Assembly: GCA_964387595.1 (NCBI GenBank)
Contig: CAYLYF010000004.1
Location: forward strand, 2,139 to 66,138
DNA: 64,000 nt
Reading direction: 5' to 3'
DNA from: an uncultured Thermodesulfobacteriota bacterium
GTDB taxonomy: Bacteria > Desulfobacterota > WTBG01 > CAIYCZ01 > CAIRTM01
In this document: piece after piece, positions 1-9,247 of the stretch
Layout: every line of letters begins with the position of its first letter
Numbering within the stretch: position 1 is the stretch's first letter
Notes under the pieces: generated by a model
What the model saw: only the letters and a program-made list of their open reading frames with translations
What the model was told of the DNA's origin: nothing
Database searches by the model: none
Translations under genes and position numbers: made by a program

Positions 1-1543
1 AAGCTGACCCCTCGGTTCAAGGTTAAACAGCGCATAGGGGACAGCCTTTCCGGTGCGGTCAGACACGATGGACCCGTTAAACCGCATGGGAAAATCACCG
101 CGGTAATCCTCATATCCTGAAAAACTGGAGTTGATGATACCGGTTCCTTTGGTGTCGGTCAAAAATTCGTCCCGATACCCGATTAAAGCACGGGAAGGGA
201 CGCTGAACTCAATGTTGACTCTTCCTTTGCCGTGATTTGCCAGGTTGATCATTCTTCCTTTTTTAACAGACAGCTTTTCAGTGACAACCCCGAGAAAACT
301 TTCTTCGCAGTCAATGAAGAGGTGTTCAACCGGCTCCTGCTTTTTGCCTTTTTTCTCTTTAAAGATGACTTCGGGTCTGCCCACGCTGAACTCAAAGCCT
401 TCCCGCCGCATGGTCTCAATAAGAATGGCCATCTGAAATTCGCCGCGACCCTTTACGATGAAACTTTCGCGTTCCGTTGTTTCTTCGACCTTGATGGCGA
501 CATTAAGAAGGGTCTCCTTATTCAGTCTTTCGCGAATCTTGCTGGACTGGACAATCGTTCCCTCTCTGCCGCAGTATGGGGAGTTGTTAATGGTAAAGCG
601 CATGGAAACTGTGGGCTCGTCAACCGTTATCCGCTTTAAAGGTTTTGGGTAGTCTTTTTTGCAGATCGTATCTCCGATGGTGGTATTTTCGATTCCGGAC
701 AGGATGATTATTTCTCCCGGTCCTGCTTCCTCCACAGTCTTAAACTTCATGCCGTCGTATGTCTGGAGTTTTGAAACTTTAAGGGGAAGGTATTCATTTT
801 TTTCATTGATACAGATCAGCTGATCATTAAATTTTGCTGTTCCGTTAAAGATACGGCCGATAGCAAGACGGCCCAGATAATCTGAATAACCGAGGTCTGA
901 CACCAGCATCTGAAGCGGCGCTTTCGGGTCATAGGTTGGCGGAGGAATTTCCTCGAGTATGCTTTCTAAAAGAACATGAAGATTATCTGTTTTGTCTTCA
1001 AGCTTTTCCATCACAATGCCTTCGCGGCCATTGGCATAAAGAACGGTAAACTCGAGCTGTTCATCGGTAGCTTCAAGATCGATAAAAAGATCATATATTT
1101 CGTCCAGTACTTCATAAGGTCTTGCATCTTTACGGTCGATCTTGTTGATGACCACAATTACATGAAGTCCCGCTTCAAAGGTTTTTTTAAGGACAAAACG
1201 GGTCTGGGGCAAAGGGCCCTCGGAGGCATCCACCAGGAGAATTGCGCCGTCGGCCATTGAAAGCGCTCTCTCCACCTCGCCGCCGAAATCAGCATGCCCG
1301 GGGGTGTCAATGATATTAATTTTTACATTTTTCCAGAGAACAGAGCAGTTTTTTGCTGAAATGGTAATGCCGCGCTCGCGTTCCAGATCCATGCTGTCCA
1401 TGATGCGGTCATCCACTTCCTGGTTTTGTCGGAAAAGACCGCTTTGTTTGAACATGGCATCGACCAGGGTTGTTTTACCGTGGTCAACATGGGCAATGAT
1501 AGCGATATTTCTTATTTTTTCATTTAATACAAGGGCTTTCATC
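1..1543 (-). CDS. typA: translational GTPase TypA/BipA. The C-terminal end runs off the start of the window, so the CDS is partial.
   Basis: Minus-strand translation from the ATG at 1543 gives MKALVLNEKIRNIAIIAHVDHGKTTLVDAM... with GTPase motifs (AHVDHGKTT, DTPGHADF, NKIDR) and an EF-G-like domain order. There is no stop before position 1, which is why it is missing from the ORF track. The plus-strand ORFs at 232-652 are antisense artefacts. Confidence 0.85.
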
Positions 1544-1806
1544 ATTTTGTTTCCGGTTACCTATTCTATATGTTTTGGCAGTTCAGTCCAGAGGCTGTTG
1601 ATTGGTATTATGGTGAATCTGCTGGTTTTTAAGAAGCCTAAAGTTAACTACACAGTATAAGTTATAGTATGCTTTGTGTCAATAAACAATAAGGCTATTG
1701 AGGGGTCAGAAGAACAGGTGTTTTGGGTTGTGAAATTTTTGGAAACTGATTTTAATCCAGGCAATTAATTTAAGTTTTTCTTGACAAAAACCTTTTAAAT
1801 CCTTAA

Positions 1807-1826
1807 TATACTGACCAGTCAGTTTA
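1807..1826. promoter_or_regulatory. Palindromic operator TATACTGACCAGTCAGTTTA (core ACTGAC-N2-GTCAGT), 14 nt upstream of the tetR start codon
   Basis: An inverted repeat seen directly in the sequence. The same core recurs at 2519-2538 and 8335-8354. Confidence 0.6.
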
Positions 1827-1839
1827 TTAAGGATAAGTC

Positions 1840-2436
1840 ATGCTTAAAAAAACGGTAAAAAAAGATCGTAAAGAAGATGTTTTTGAAGCGGCCTTGAAAT
1901 GTTTCAATGAAACAGGCTATTACAGAACATCCATTGATAAAATTGCTAAAAAAGCAAAAATCAGCAAAGGCGGTATATATTATCATTTCAAATCAAAAGA
2001 AGAGCTGTTTATAAAGCTTTTTACTTTCAGGTGCAATAAGTATCTTGAGCAGGTACGAAACGAGATACAGACGGTTAAAGACCCGGAAGAAAGGCTGGAA
2101 CTGTTTATCGAAAAAGCAGGCAGCCTTTATATGGGTAATGAGGATTTCTTAAGGTTTTTTATAGAATTCATGACAATGGGATTACGCGATCCTGAGATTT
2201 GTGATGTAATGACTTCGTATTACAAAAATGCAATTGAACATTTTAAAGAGCTTATTCAGGCCGGAGTAGATGAGAAAATATTTAAAAATATAGATACCGG
2301 TAAAGTTGCCAGGCGTGTTTATTTTCTGTCTGCGGGGATTTTCTTTACCTATTTTACGGTTCGGAAGGATTTTGATTTAGCCGGGGAGCATACCCGTCAA
2401 ATAAGAGAATTTCTGGAAACAATTAAAATTAGTTAA
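1840..2436 (+). CDS. TetR/AcrR family transcriptional regulator
   Basis: The N-terminal HTH is typical of TetR (RKEDVFEAALKCFNETGYYRTSIDKIAKKAKISKGGIYYHFKSKEELF). The gene is divergent from typA and has a palindromic operator in its own promoter. Confidence 0.85.
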   Translation: MLKKTVKKDRKEDVFEAALKCFNETGYYRTSIDKIAKKAKISKGGIYYHFKSKEELFIKLFTFRCNKYLEQVRNEIQTVKDPEERLELFIEKAGSLYMGNEDFLRFFIEFMTMGLRDPEICDVMTSYYKNAIEHFKELIQAGVDEKIFKNIDTGKVARRVYFLSAGIFFTYFTVRKDFDLAGEHTRQIREFLETIKIS

Positions 2437-2518
2437 TACAGGTTTAAAGCATAAAATTACAGTTTTTATGAGTATTTAAATCATTCTTGAGTGGGTGGAT
2501 TGTTTTTTATAACATAAC

Positions 2519-2538
2519 TGTACTGACCGGTCAGTTTA
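2519..2538. promoter_or_regulatory. Second copy of the ACTGACCGGTCAGT operator
   Basis: A palindrome lying 16 nt upstream of the 2554 start codon. Confidence 0.55.
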
Positions 2539-2553
2539 TAGAAAGGGCAAAGT

Positions 2554-2988
2554 ATGAATATATTTGAGATGTTCTATGAAAGTTTCAAAAAATATTTTGA
2601 ATTAATACTCAAGGAGGTTGAAAAAGCTGAAGATCCGGAGCTTCAAGTCCGTATTTTTATTGAGGGTTTTGTGAATGTGATCTACGAGGAACGGGAATTT
2701 TTCAGGACTTACGTGGAAGAGTTGTCCCGGAATGCCGCTAATCCGGAAGTGAAAAAAATGAAAACGATTTTTTATGATCAGTTTATGGAACATCTTAAAA
2801 AGTTATTGCAGCAGGGTATCCGTGCCGGTGTTTTTGTTGGTTTTGACACGGAAAAATTAGCCCGGGCGATCTATTTTCTTTCTATCGGCGTTATTTTTAC
2901 CCGTTATGCCATGAAAATCGATTTTGATCTAAAAGAGCAAAACGCGTTTCAAGTTGACAGAATACTGGAGTCCATAAAATCCAGATAA
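2554..2988 (+). CDS. TetR-like ligand-binding (C-terminal) domain protein that lacks an HTH
   Basis: The 144-aa product aligns with the C-terminal half of the upstream TetR (IFTRYAMKIDFDLKEQNAFQVDRILESIKSR versus FFTYFTVRKDFDLAGEHTRQIREFLETIKIS). An in-frame TAG at 2539 rules out any N-terminal extension. Confidence 0.6.
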   Translation: MNIFEMFYESFKKYFELILKEVEKAEDPELQVRIFIEGFVNVIYEEREFFRTYVEELSRNAANPEVKKMKTIFYDQFMEHLKKLLQQGIRAGVFVGFDTEKLARAIYFLSIGVIFTRYAMKIDFDLKEQNAFQVDRILESIKSR

Positions 2989-3018
2989 GAAAGATAAGCA
3001 GGCAAAGGGAGGAATGAT

Positions 3019-4581
3019 ATGAGTTTGCCAGAAGGTGCCTACCCGGCGTTGGAAGACGCTCTGGGTAAGAATAATGTGAGTGATGATCCGTCCATAACCT
3101 CCGGTTACAGCTATATGTGGCTGGCTTATGCGACGCATGCTCAGTCCGGACGATACCGCCCGGCTGCTGTGGCCTTGCCGGAAAGCACCGGGGACATTCA
3201 GACTATCATCAAAATTGCCAACCGTTACGGGTTCAATTATATACCGGTTGGAACCAATTTGTTCCCGCCGAGCATGCCTACCCGTCCGGACACAATTATT
3301 ATCGATCCCAAACGGATGAACCGCATTCTGGAAATTGATACCGATAATATGTTTGCGGTAGTTGAACCTTATGTTACCTATGCCCAGCTTCAGGCAGAAA
3401 CCATGAAGAAGGGGCTGACCCTTACGGTTTGTGAAGGCGGTTCCCAGTGTTCGGTGCTTGCGAATAATATGTTTCAGGGGATGGGCGGAACCGGTCACAA
3501 GTTTGGATTCAACCGGGGTATTCTGGGCTGTGACTGGATACTGCCGAATGGCGAGCTTTTAAAGATCGGCTCCCGGGGGAATGCCCGCGGCGACTGGTTC
3601 TGGGGGGATTGTGCCGGGATGAACTTAAAAGGGCTGCTGCGGGGGGATAGCGGACACTGCGGTGGTCTGGGCATGGTGACCACCATGGCGGTAAAACTGT
3701 TTCCTTATCCGGGACCCAAAACTTTTCCAGTGAAAGGGACCAGTCCCAATTTTAATACAGATTTTCCGAAAGATCGTTTTAAGGTTAACCTGATAAAATT
3801 TCCGACTCGCGAAAAGCTGATTGATGCCATGTATGAGATCGGGCATGAAGAGATCGCGATTGCTGTGCATGAGGAACCGGCCAGCATGATTTTGTGCGGT
3901 GAGTCTCCTTCGGTTGAATATTTTTGGGAAAAATGGCCGGATTTCAAGAAAAAATGGACCAACGTGCTGTCTGTGACTCTGTTTGGTTTTTCATCTTCAC
4001 GTCAGGTCGAATATGAGCAGACGGTACTTGATGCGATTGTTAAAGAAACTGATGGCGAATATATTACTGAAAATTCAGAGCTTTGGGAACATGCCAGCTG
4101 CAACCTTGGAGAACAGTTCCGTACCGGCGGTTCCAACCGGCTTTTCAGGATTGCGGGTGATTTTTTTGTGATGGGCGGATTCGGCTTTGATTCTCTGGAT
4201 CAGAGCCTGAAAATGAGCAAGGAGTATATGTGGCCTCTCATTTTAGATGGTATTGAAAAAGGACACCTGGCGCCCGATGATATGGGAAATGACTGGCTGA
4301 ACTCCTACCAGCTGGGCCACTTTGCAGAAACCGAGCCGCTGATTTATTTTGAGCACGATCTTGAGGCCGGCGGTACTTTTATGAACGGTTATGTCACCAC
4401 CGTAATGGAAGCCGTGAAAAGAAAAATGACCAGCTCCTGGCCGCTGGGTCCCATGACCTATATTACCGGCCCGGCCATGTGTAATTATCATGAACTGGTG
4501 AAAAAAATAAAAGAAGCGGTTGATCCGAGGATGACCTCAAATCCGGGCTATCCTGTTCCGCCTGAACCGCCGCAGGGATAA
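3019..4581 (+). CDS. FAD-binding (PCMH-type) oxidase, GlcD-like subunit
   Basis: FAD-binding domain-4 pattern (AAVALPESTGDIQTIIKIANRYGFNYIPVGTNLF ... GGTGHKFG). A good RBS (GGGAGG) precedes the start. It is the first of three adjacent oxidase genes. Confidence 0.7.
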   Translation: MSLPEGAYPALEDALGKNNVSDDPSITSGYSYMWLAYATHAQSGRYRPAAVALPESTGDIQTIIKIANRYGFNYIPVGTNLFPPSMPTRPDTIIIDPKRMNRILEIDTDNMFAVVEPYVTYAQLQAETMKKGLTLTVCEGGSQCSVLANNMFQGMGGTGHKFGFNRGILGCDWILPNGELLKIGSRGNARGDWFWGDCAGMNLKGLLRGDSGHCGGLGMVTTMAVKLFPYPGPKTFPVKGTSPNFNTDFPKDRFKVNLIKFPTREKLIDAMYEIGHEEIAIAVHEEPASMILCGESPSVEYFWEKWPDFKKKWTNVLSVTLFGFSSSRQVEYEQTVLDAIVKETDGEYITENSELWEHASCNLGEQFRTGGSNRLFRIAGDFFVMGGFGFDSLDQSLKMSKEYMWPLILDGIEKGHLAPDDMGNDWLNSYQLGHFAETEPLIYFEHDLEAGGTFMNGYVTTVMEAVKRKMTSSWPLGPMTYITGPAMCNYHELVKKIKEAVDPRMTSNPGYPVPPEPPQG

Positions 4582-4660
4582 ACAGAAGAAGGTGAATTAG
4601 AAGATTAGGCCCGGCGTTATTAATAAAAAAATATCAGACAAATGATGGAGGTTAAAAAGG

Positions 4661-6199
4661 ATGGATGAACAAAAGCTGGCCAAGGTGGATTATCAAAAGC
4701 CACTTGAAGATGTATCCTATGGAGAGGTAACGGCGGCAAAGGGTAAATATCAGAAAGAGATAAACCATAAAATAGCTGCTATTGTGGGTGAAAAAAATGT
4801 ATCTGATATGCCGGAAGACCTGGAAAAATATGCTTCTGATAAAAGTCTGGAGAGATATGGTAAGCCGGCCTTTGTGGTCTGTCCGAAAAACATGGAACAG
4901 ATCTGCGAGCTGGTGAAATACGCAAATACGATCCGGCTGCCGATTATCCCGGTCAGCTCAGGCACGCATAATTACGGCGCTGCCCTGCCGCGTATGGGCG
5001 GTATGATCCTTGATTTATCCGGTTGGAAAGAAATCCATAAAATAGATCACAGAAATCGTGCGGTTCGGGTCGCGCCGGGAGTGAATTATAATGAACTTCA
5101 GGATGCCCTTGAAAAAGAGGGGTTAAGAGCGCTTATTCCTCTTTTGCCGCGTAAAGACCAGTCCGTTTTGACCGCTCACATGGAAGCCCATCCCATGCTG
5201 ATTCCGGAGTTCAACTACAGCGAACCGCTTTATACCGCAGAAATCGTATTACCCTCCGGCGAGCTTTTTCGAACCGGCTCAGCCGCAGTGGCGCCGCCGG
5301 AACAGACCCAGACAGATATGGTCGGGCCCTGGGGGCCGGGACTGGACTGGAACCGGCTCTTTACCCGCAGTCAGGGGACCCTGGGGGTGATTACCTGGGC
5401 AAATATCATGGCAGAGCCAAAGCCCGGGAAACAGAAACTCTATTTTACAGCCAGTCCGGATATAAATACGCTGGTTAATTTTACCGGACGGATTCAGAAA
5501 AAATGGATTGGTTATGAATGTTTTATCCTGAACAGAACCCATCTGGCCAATATCCTGTCAAAAACGCCGAGTGAAAGAGAAATGATTCAAAGGAAGCTTC
5601 CGGCATATGTTCAGATTTTCTGTATCGGCGGTTTAAAACGCTTTCCGGATGAGCGTATTGCCTATCAGCAGGCTGATTTTCTGGAGACCTCGCAGGAGTG
5701 CGGAGTGACGCCGCTTCATACGATTCCTGAAGCGCCGCGGGCCGCTGATTTTTTTGAGAAGAATCTGCACCGCTGCTGGGAAGGAGATGTGTACTGGAAG
5801 GATGTCCGCAGAGGAGCAAGCGCTGACATTTTCTTTATTACCACCATGAATAAAGCAGCTGATTTTATTCATGTGATGCAGCAGCAGGCGGGTGCGGCCG
5901 GGTACAATTTTCAGGACATCGGATTTTACCTGCAGCCCATAGAAAACGGCCGGGCAGCGCATGTGGAATTTTCTATTCCTTTCAACCCCGAAGATCAGCA
6001 GGAATGCGCACAGGTAAAACAGCTGCATGGTCTGGCCAGTGAAGAAGTCTATAATCTGGGCGCTTTGTTCACCCGGGCATACGGGCCCTGGGCGCAGATA
6101 ACTGCAAGCCGAAATGCGGGGCAGTACCAGACCGCAAAGCTCATAAAAGAACTTTTAGATAAGAACAATATCATGAACCCGGGGAAACTGGGTCTTTAG
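4661..6199 (+). CDS. FAD-binding (PCMH-type) oxidase, second subunit (GlcE-like)
   Basis: FAD_binding_4-like N-terminus (PAFVVCPKNMEQICELVKYANTIRLPIIPVSSGTHNYG). It is paralogous to the preceding gene. Confidence 0.65.
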   Translation: MDEQKLAKVDYQKPLEDVSYGEVTAAKGKYQKEINHKIAAIVGEKNVSDMPEDLEKYASDKSLERYGKPAFVVCPKNMEQICELVKYANTIRLPIIPVSSGTHNYGAALPRMGGMILDLSGWKEIHKIDHRNRAVRVAPGVNYNELQDALEKEGLRALIPLLPRKDQSVLTAHMEAHPMLIPEFNYSEPLYTAEIVLPSGELFRTGSAAVAPPEQTQTDMVGPWGPGLDWNRLFTRSQGTLGVITWANIMAEPKPGKQKLYFTASPDINTLVNFTGRIQKKWIGYECFILNRTHLANILSKTPSEREMIQRKLPAYVQIFCIGGLKRFPDERIAYQQADFLETSQECGVTPLHTIPEAPRAADFFEKNLHRCWEGDVYWKDVRRGASADIFFITTMNKAADFIHVMQQQAGAAGYNFQDIGFYLQPIENGRAAHVEFSIPFNPEDQQECAQVKQLHGLASEEVYNLGALFTRAYGPWAQITASRNAGQYQTAKLIKELLDKNNIMNPGKLGL

Positions 6200-6213
6200 G
6201 AGGAGTTAAATCC

Positions 6214-7476
6214 ATGAGTCTTGAAAAATACCGATGGGATCTTGTTAACTGTGAACGCTGCTCCATGTGCAAGTGGCAGCATCCCTGGGCTGTTAAAAGC
6301 AGGGCGCGTGCCATGGTCTGCCCTTCACTGAAAAAATATAACTTTGATGCCTATTCCGCTCAGGGCCGGTTTGATCTTGCCCGGGCGCTGCTTGAAGGAG
6401 AAGTCGAGCTGAATGATAAGGCGCTGGAAGTGATCTATTCCTGTACCCTGTGCGGCGCCTGTGATGTGACCTGCAAATTTACCCGCGACATGGAGCCTCT
6501 TGAAGTTCTGCACGAGCTGCGAAAGTATTGCGTTGAGAAGGGAAAAGGACCGTTGCCCGGGCATATGCCCGCAATTGACAGTATCCGGAAAAACAGAAAC
6601 CCCTGGCTTCAGCCTGCAGCGCGCCGCGGCCACTGGGCCCGTAAAATGGAGGTCAAAGACCTGAATCAGGAAAAAGCGGGGGTTCTTTATTTTGCAGGCT
6701 GCACCTACTCCTACAATGCCAATCTTCAGGATGTCGCCCGCTCCACCCTCCGTATTCTTCAGCAGGGCGGGATTGATGTGGGGATTCTGGGCAAAAGTGA
6801 GAACTGCTGCGCCAGTCCGGTGGTGAAGGTCGGTATGTATGACCTTTTCAGGGAGCATGCAGCAAGAAACATTGAAATGTTTAATGATCTTGGGGTGAAA
6901 ACGATTGTCACTTCCTGTGCCGGCTGTTACGGAGTTTTTCAGAGTCAGTATCCGGCGATTGGAAAAATGAATTTTGAGATCAAACACAGTGTGGAATATT
7001 TTGATGAGCTGATCAAAGAAGGAAAACTAAAGTTTACAAAAGAAGTTCCTATGAAGGTGACCTGGCACGACCCCTGCCATTCAGGCCGGGGCGGAGAGCC
7101 TCAGGATCTGTGGGAGGGGAAACGGGTGAAATGGGGGTTGTCTGATCCTCCAAGAGAGAGGAACTTCGGTGCAAAAGGGGTTTATGATGCTCCCCGGAAT
7201 GTATTGAAGGCCATACCGGGTGTTGAGCTTGTTGAAATGGAACGCATCCGGGAATTTTCGTGGTGCTGCGGCGCCGGCGGCGGGGTCAAGTCCGCCCTTC
7301 CGGAATTTGCAGTTGAAACGGCCCGCGAGCGGGTTCAGGAAGCAAAGGAAACAGGCGCTGAGGCGCTGGTGACCAGCTGCCCCTGGTGTGAGGCCAATCT
7401 TCAGGACGGTATCTATGCGGATGACGGCGGTCTGGATATGTATAGCCTGGTGCAGCTGATTGAAAAGGCTATTTAA
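6214..7476 (+). CDS. Fe-S oxidoreductase with 4Fe-4S and CCG cysteine-rich domains (GlcF / HdrD-like)
   Basis: CTLCGACDVTC ferredoxin-type motif, plus two CCG-type cysteine clusters (CAGCYGVF ... WCCGAGGG ... CPWC). Confidence 0.7.
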   Translation: MSLEKYRWDLVNCERCSMCKWQHPWAVKSRARAMVCPSLKKYNFDAYSAQGRFDLARALLEGEVELNDKALEVIYSCTLCGACDVTCKFTRDMEPLEVLHELRKYCVEKGKGPLPGHMPAIDSIRKNRNPWLQPAARRGHWARKMEVKDLNQEKAGVLYFAGCTYSYNANLQDVARSTLRILQQGGIDVGILGKSENCCASPVVKVGMYDLFREHAARNIEMFNDLGVKTIVTSCAGCYGVFQSQYPAIGKMNFEIKHSVEYFDELIKEGKLKFTKEVPMKVTWHDPCHSGRGGEPQDLWEGKRVKWGLSDPPRERNFGAKGVYDAPRNVLKAIPGVELVEMERIREFSWCCGAGGGVKSALPEFAVETARERVQEAKETGAEALVTSCPWCEANLQDGIYADDGGLDMYSLVQLIEKAI

Positions 7477-7509
7477 ATCACTTATTTATTTGTAGAAAAG
7501 GACAGGTTT

Positions 7510-8265
7510 ATGGACTCAAAGAACAGGTTTGCTTTTCCGAAACGGCAAAATCTGGAAAAGCTAGAGGCTTTTTATGCGGAAATGGATAAAAGCGGGTCCT
7601 TTGACCCGGTCATAAAAGAGGGTTCCGGGGTCTGGTGTGCTGAAGTCCACTGTTCCCGGGGAGAATTGTTTGAAAAGGCCGGTATGGCACGGGTGGAACT
7701 GACAAAAGGAGAGGTTGATGGAGGATCCGCAGACATTACTCTGGTTCAGACCCTGGCCTGGCCGAAAAACCCGAATCTGCCCGGTCTGATCATTATGGCC
7801 AGCACCAGTAAAATGGAAGGGATGGACGCGATTATCACCTTTTATGCGGATCTGATCATTCAGAATGGTGCGCCGCTTCAGGAAGACAAGGATATTTTCA
7901 CAGATGCGCTGAGAGCAGCCTGTGAAAAAAATAAACAGAGTTTGGAAGAATACCAGGCTTTTCTGGCGGGCCGGGGGATGCTGGGCGGCTGTGCCGCTGA
8001 ATGCGGGATTCTCTATTTTTTTGAGGAGAGTGACGCGGCGCTTCTGGAGAGCCTGTTTTCAGGCGCAATGGAAGCATACAAAAAAATTACCAGCGAAACA
8101 AAACCGTCGCCGACTGAAGATGATTTTATAAAAATGCGTGACAGTCGTAAGAAAATTCAGGAGTGGATGACGACCGAGGATTACGGCTATAAAGTTTCAC
8201 GGCAGAATAATATTCCTGAAGCAGTTATCGGAGCTTACGGTTTTCCGCCTTCTGCTGAAGGTTAA
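7510..8265 (+). CDS. hypothetical protein. It shows only weak resemblance to coproporphyrinogen oxidase (HemF).
   Basis: A 251-aa ORF in operon position after the GlcF-like gene. A few stretches (RGMLGG..ILYFFEESD, GEVDGGSADITLV) loosely recall the HemF family. This is not a secure call. Confidence 0.3.
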   Translation: MDSKNRFAFPKRQNLEKLEAFYAEMDKSGSFDPVIKEGSGVWCAEVHCSRGELFEKAGMARVELTKGEVDGGSADITLVQTLAWPKNPNLPGLIIMASTSKMEGMDAIITFYADLIIQNGAPLQEDKDIFTDALRAACEKNKQSLEEYQAFLAGRGMLGGCAAECGILYFFEESDAALLESLFSGAMEAYKKITSETKPSPTEDDFIKMRDSRKKIQEWMTTEDYGYKVSRQNNIPEAVIGAYGFPPSAEG

Positions 8266-8334
8266 TCCGTATTTTTTAAAACGGTTCAGCTAGCCGGACA
8301 GTTCTTTGTAAACCCTTTTTTTAGGACAATGATA

Positions 8335-8354
8335 TACTGACCGGTCAGTATAAT
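8335..8354. promoter_or_regulatory. Perfect 20-bp palindrome TATACTGACCGGTCAGTATA, the third copy of the TetR-type operator
   Basis: Seen directly in the sequence, about 70 nt upstream of the 8427 start codon. Confidence 0.6.
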
Positions 8355-8426
8355 CAAGGTGTTTAAAGTTTAGCGTTTTTGATATGTATCACTTGCTAAA
8401 AAAACAGAAAATTAAAAAAGTAAAAT

Positions 8427-9245
8427 ATGGAGCTGAAAATGAAAAAAAACAGAAAAGCATATAGCCTCATATTCATAAGCCTTATTTTTTCACTGTTATC
8501 TATTTCAGAAGCTCTTCATGCAAACGAAAGCCAGATCAAAGAAGATAAACAAATCAATGCTGAGGCCGATGTTGACAGCAATCATCCTGAGATTCCCGAA
8601 GGGGTGACCTGCGCGGATTGTCATGAAATAAAGTTTGATGCAAAGACCACCGCTACTCAGGTATGGCTCACAGGAAACTATGCCGGGTTTAGCCCCGATG
8701 AAGGGATCATGGACAATCGTCTTGTAAAAGAAGCTATTGTAAAAGAAATGGGCGGCAGAAAACAGTGCCGGACCAGCATTCTGGCAACCTGTATCAATAA
8801 TGTGCCGACAAGTTCAACGGCCGAATACGTTCTGGATCCTCAGGACATGGCTTTGTACGGGGTTCATGAAAAAGGAACCGCAAAACTTCTTCACCTTAAA
8901 CAAAATCCCCGATTTAGTTTAAACTGGCACCGGGAATTTAAAAACTGGGGGGAAACGCTCTGTATTCAGTTTGTGGGGACGGCTGAGCTGATTGATGGAA
9001 ACAGCCCGGAATATGAAAAAATCCTGAAAGAGATTTATCCCTATGAGGAAGGCGCGGATGCCAGAAAAATACCCCATGAAAAATATATCCAAATGGCGAA
9101 GCAGATGATGCTGATCAGCAGACTGACCGTAAAAGAGGCAACCATCACCAATATAAAGTTCAGAGAGAAAGGCAAACGTCCCTGGCAGCGCTGGGTTCGA
9201 CATGAAGATGATGATAAGAATTTATACAAAGGAAAGGGCAAATAG
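8427..9245 (+). CDS. secreted protein with a pyridoxamine-5'-phosphate-oxidase-like (FMN-binding split-barrel) domain
   Basis: It has a signal peptide (MKKNRKAYSLIFISLIFSLLSISEALHA). Its C-terminal region (LHLKQNPRFSLNWH ... CIQFVGTAELIDG) is PNPOx-like. Confidence 0.4.
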   Translation: MELKMKKNRKAYSLIFISLIFSLLSISEALHANESQIKEDKQINAEADVDSNHPEIPEGVTCADCHEIKFDAKTTATQVWLTGNYAGFSPDEGIMDNRLVKEAIVKEMGGRKQCRTSILATCINNVPTSSTAEYVLDPQDMALYGVHEKGTAKLLHLKQNPRFSLNWHREFKNWGETLCIQFVGTAELIDGNSPEYEKILKEIYPYEEGADARKIPHEKYIQMAKQMMLISRLTVKEATITNIKFREKGKRPWQRWVRHEDDDKNLYKGKGK

Positions 9246-9247
9246 AT

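Noticed and set aside
232-652. Plus-strand ORFs (135, 63 and 64 aa) at the window start
   Set aside because: They are antisense to a clearly recognisable typA gene on the minus strand, and show no homology or RBS.
2929-3498. 189-aa minus-strand ORF
   Set aside because: It overlaps the well-supported GlcD-like FAD oxidase on the plus strand and is an antisense artefact. The same applies to the long antisense ORFs at 10428-11234 and 12692-13717.
7510-8265. Confident annotation of 7510-8265 as coproporphyrinogen III oxidase HemF
   Set aside because: Only loose similarity in two short stretches. The strongly conserved HemF motifs (WFGGGFDLTP and RRGRYVEFNL) are not present, so the protein is left as hypothetical.
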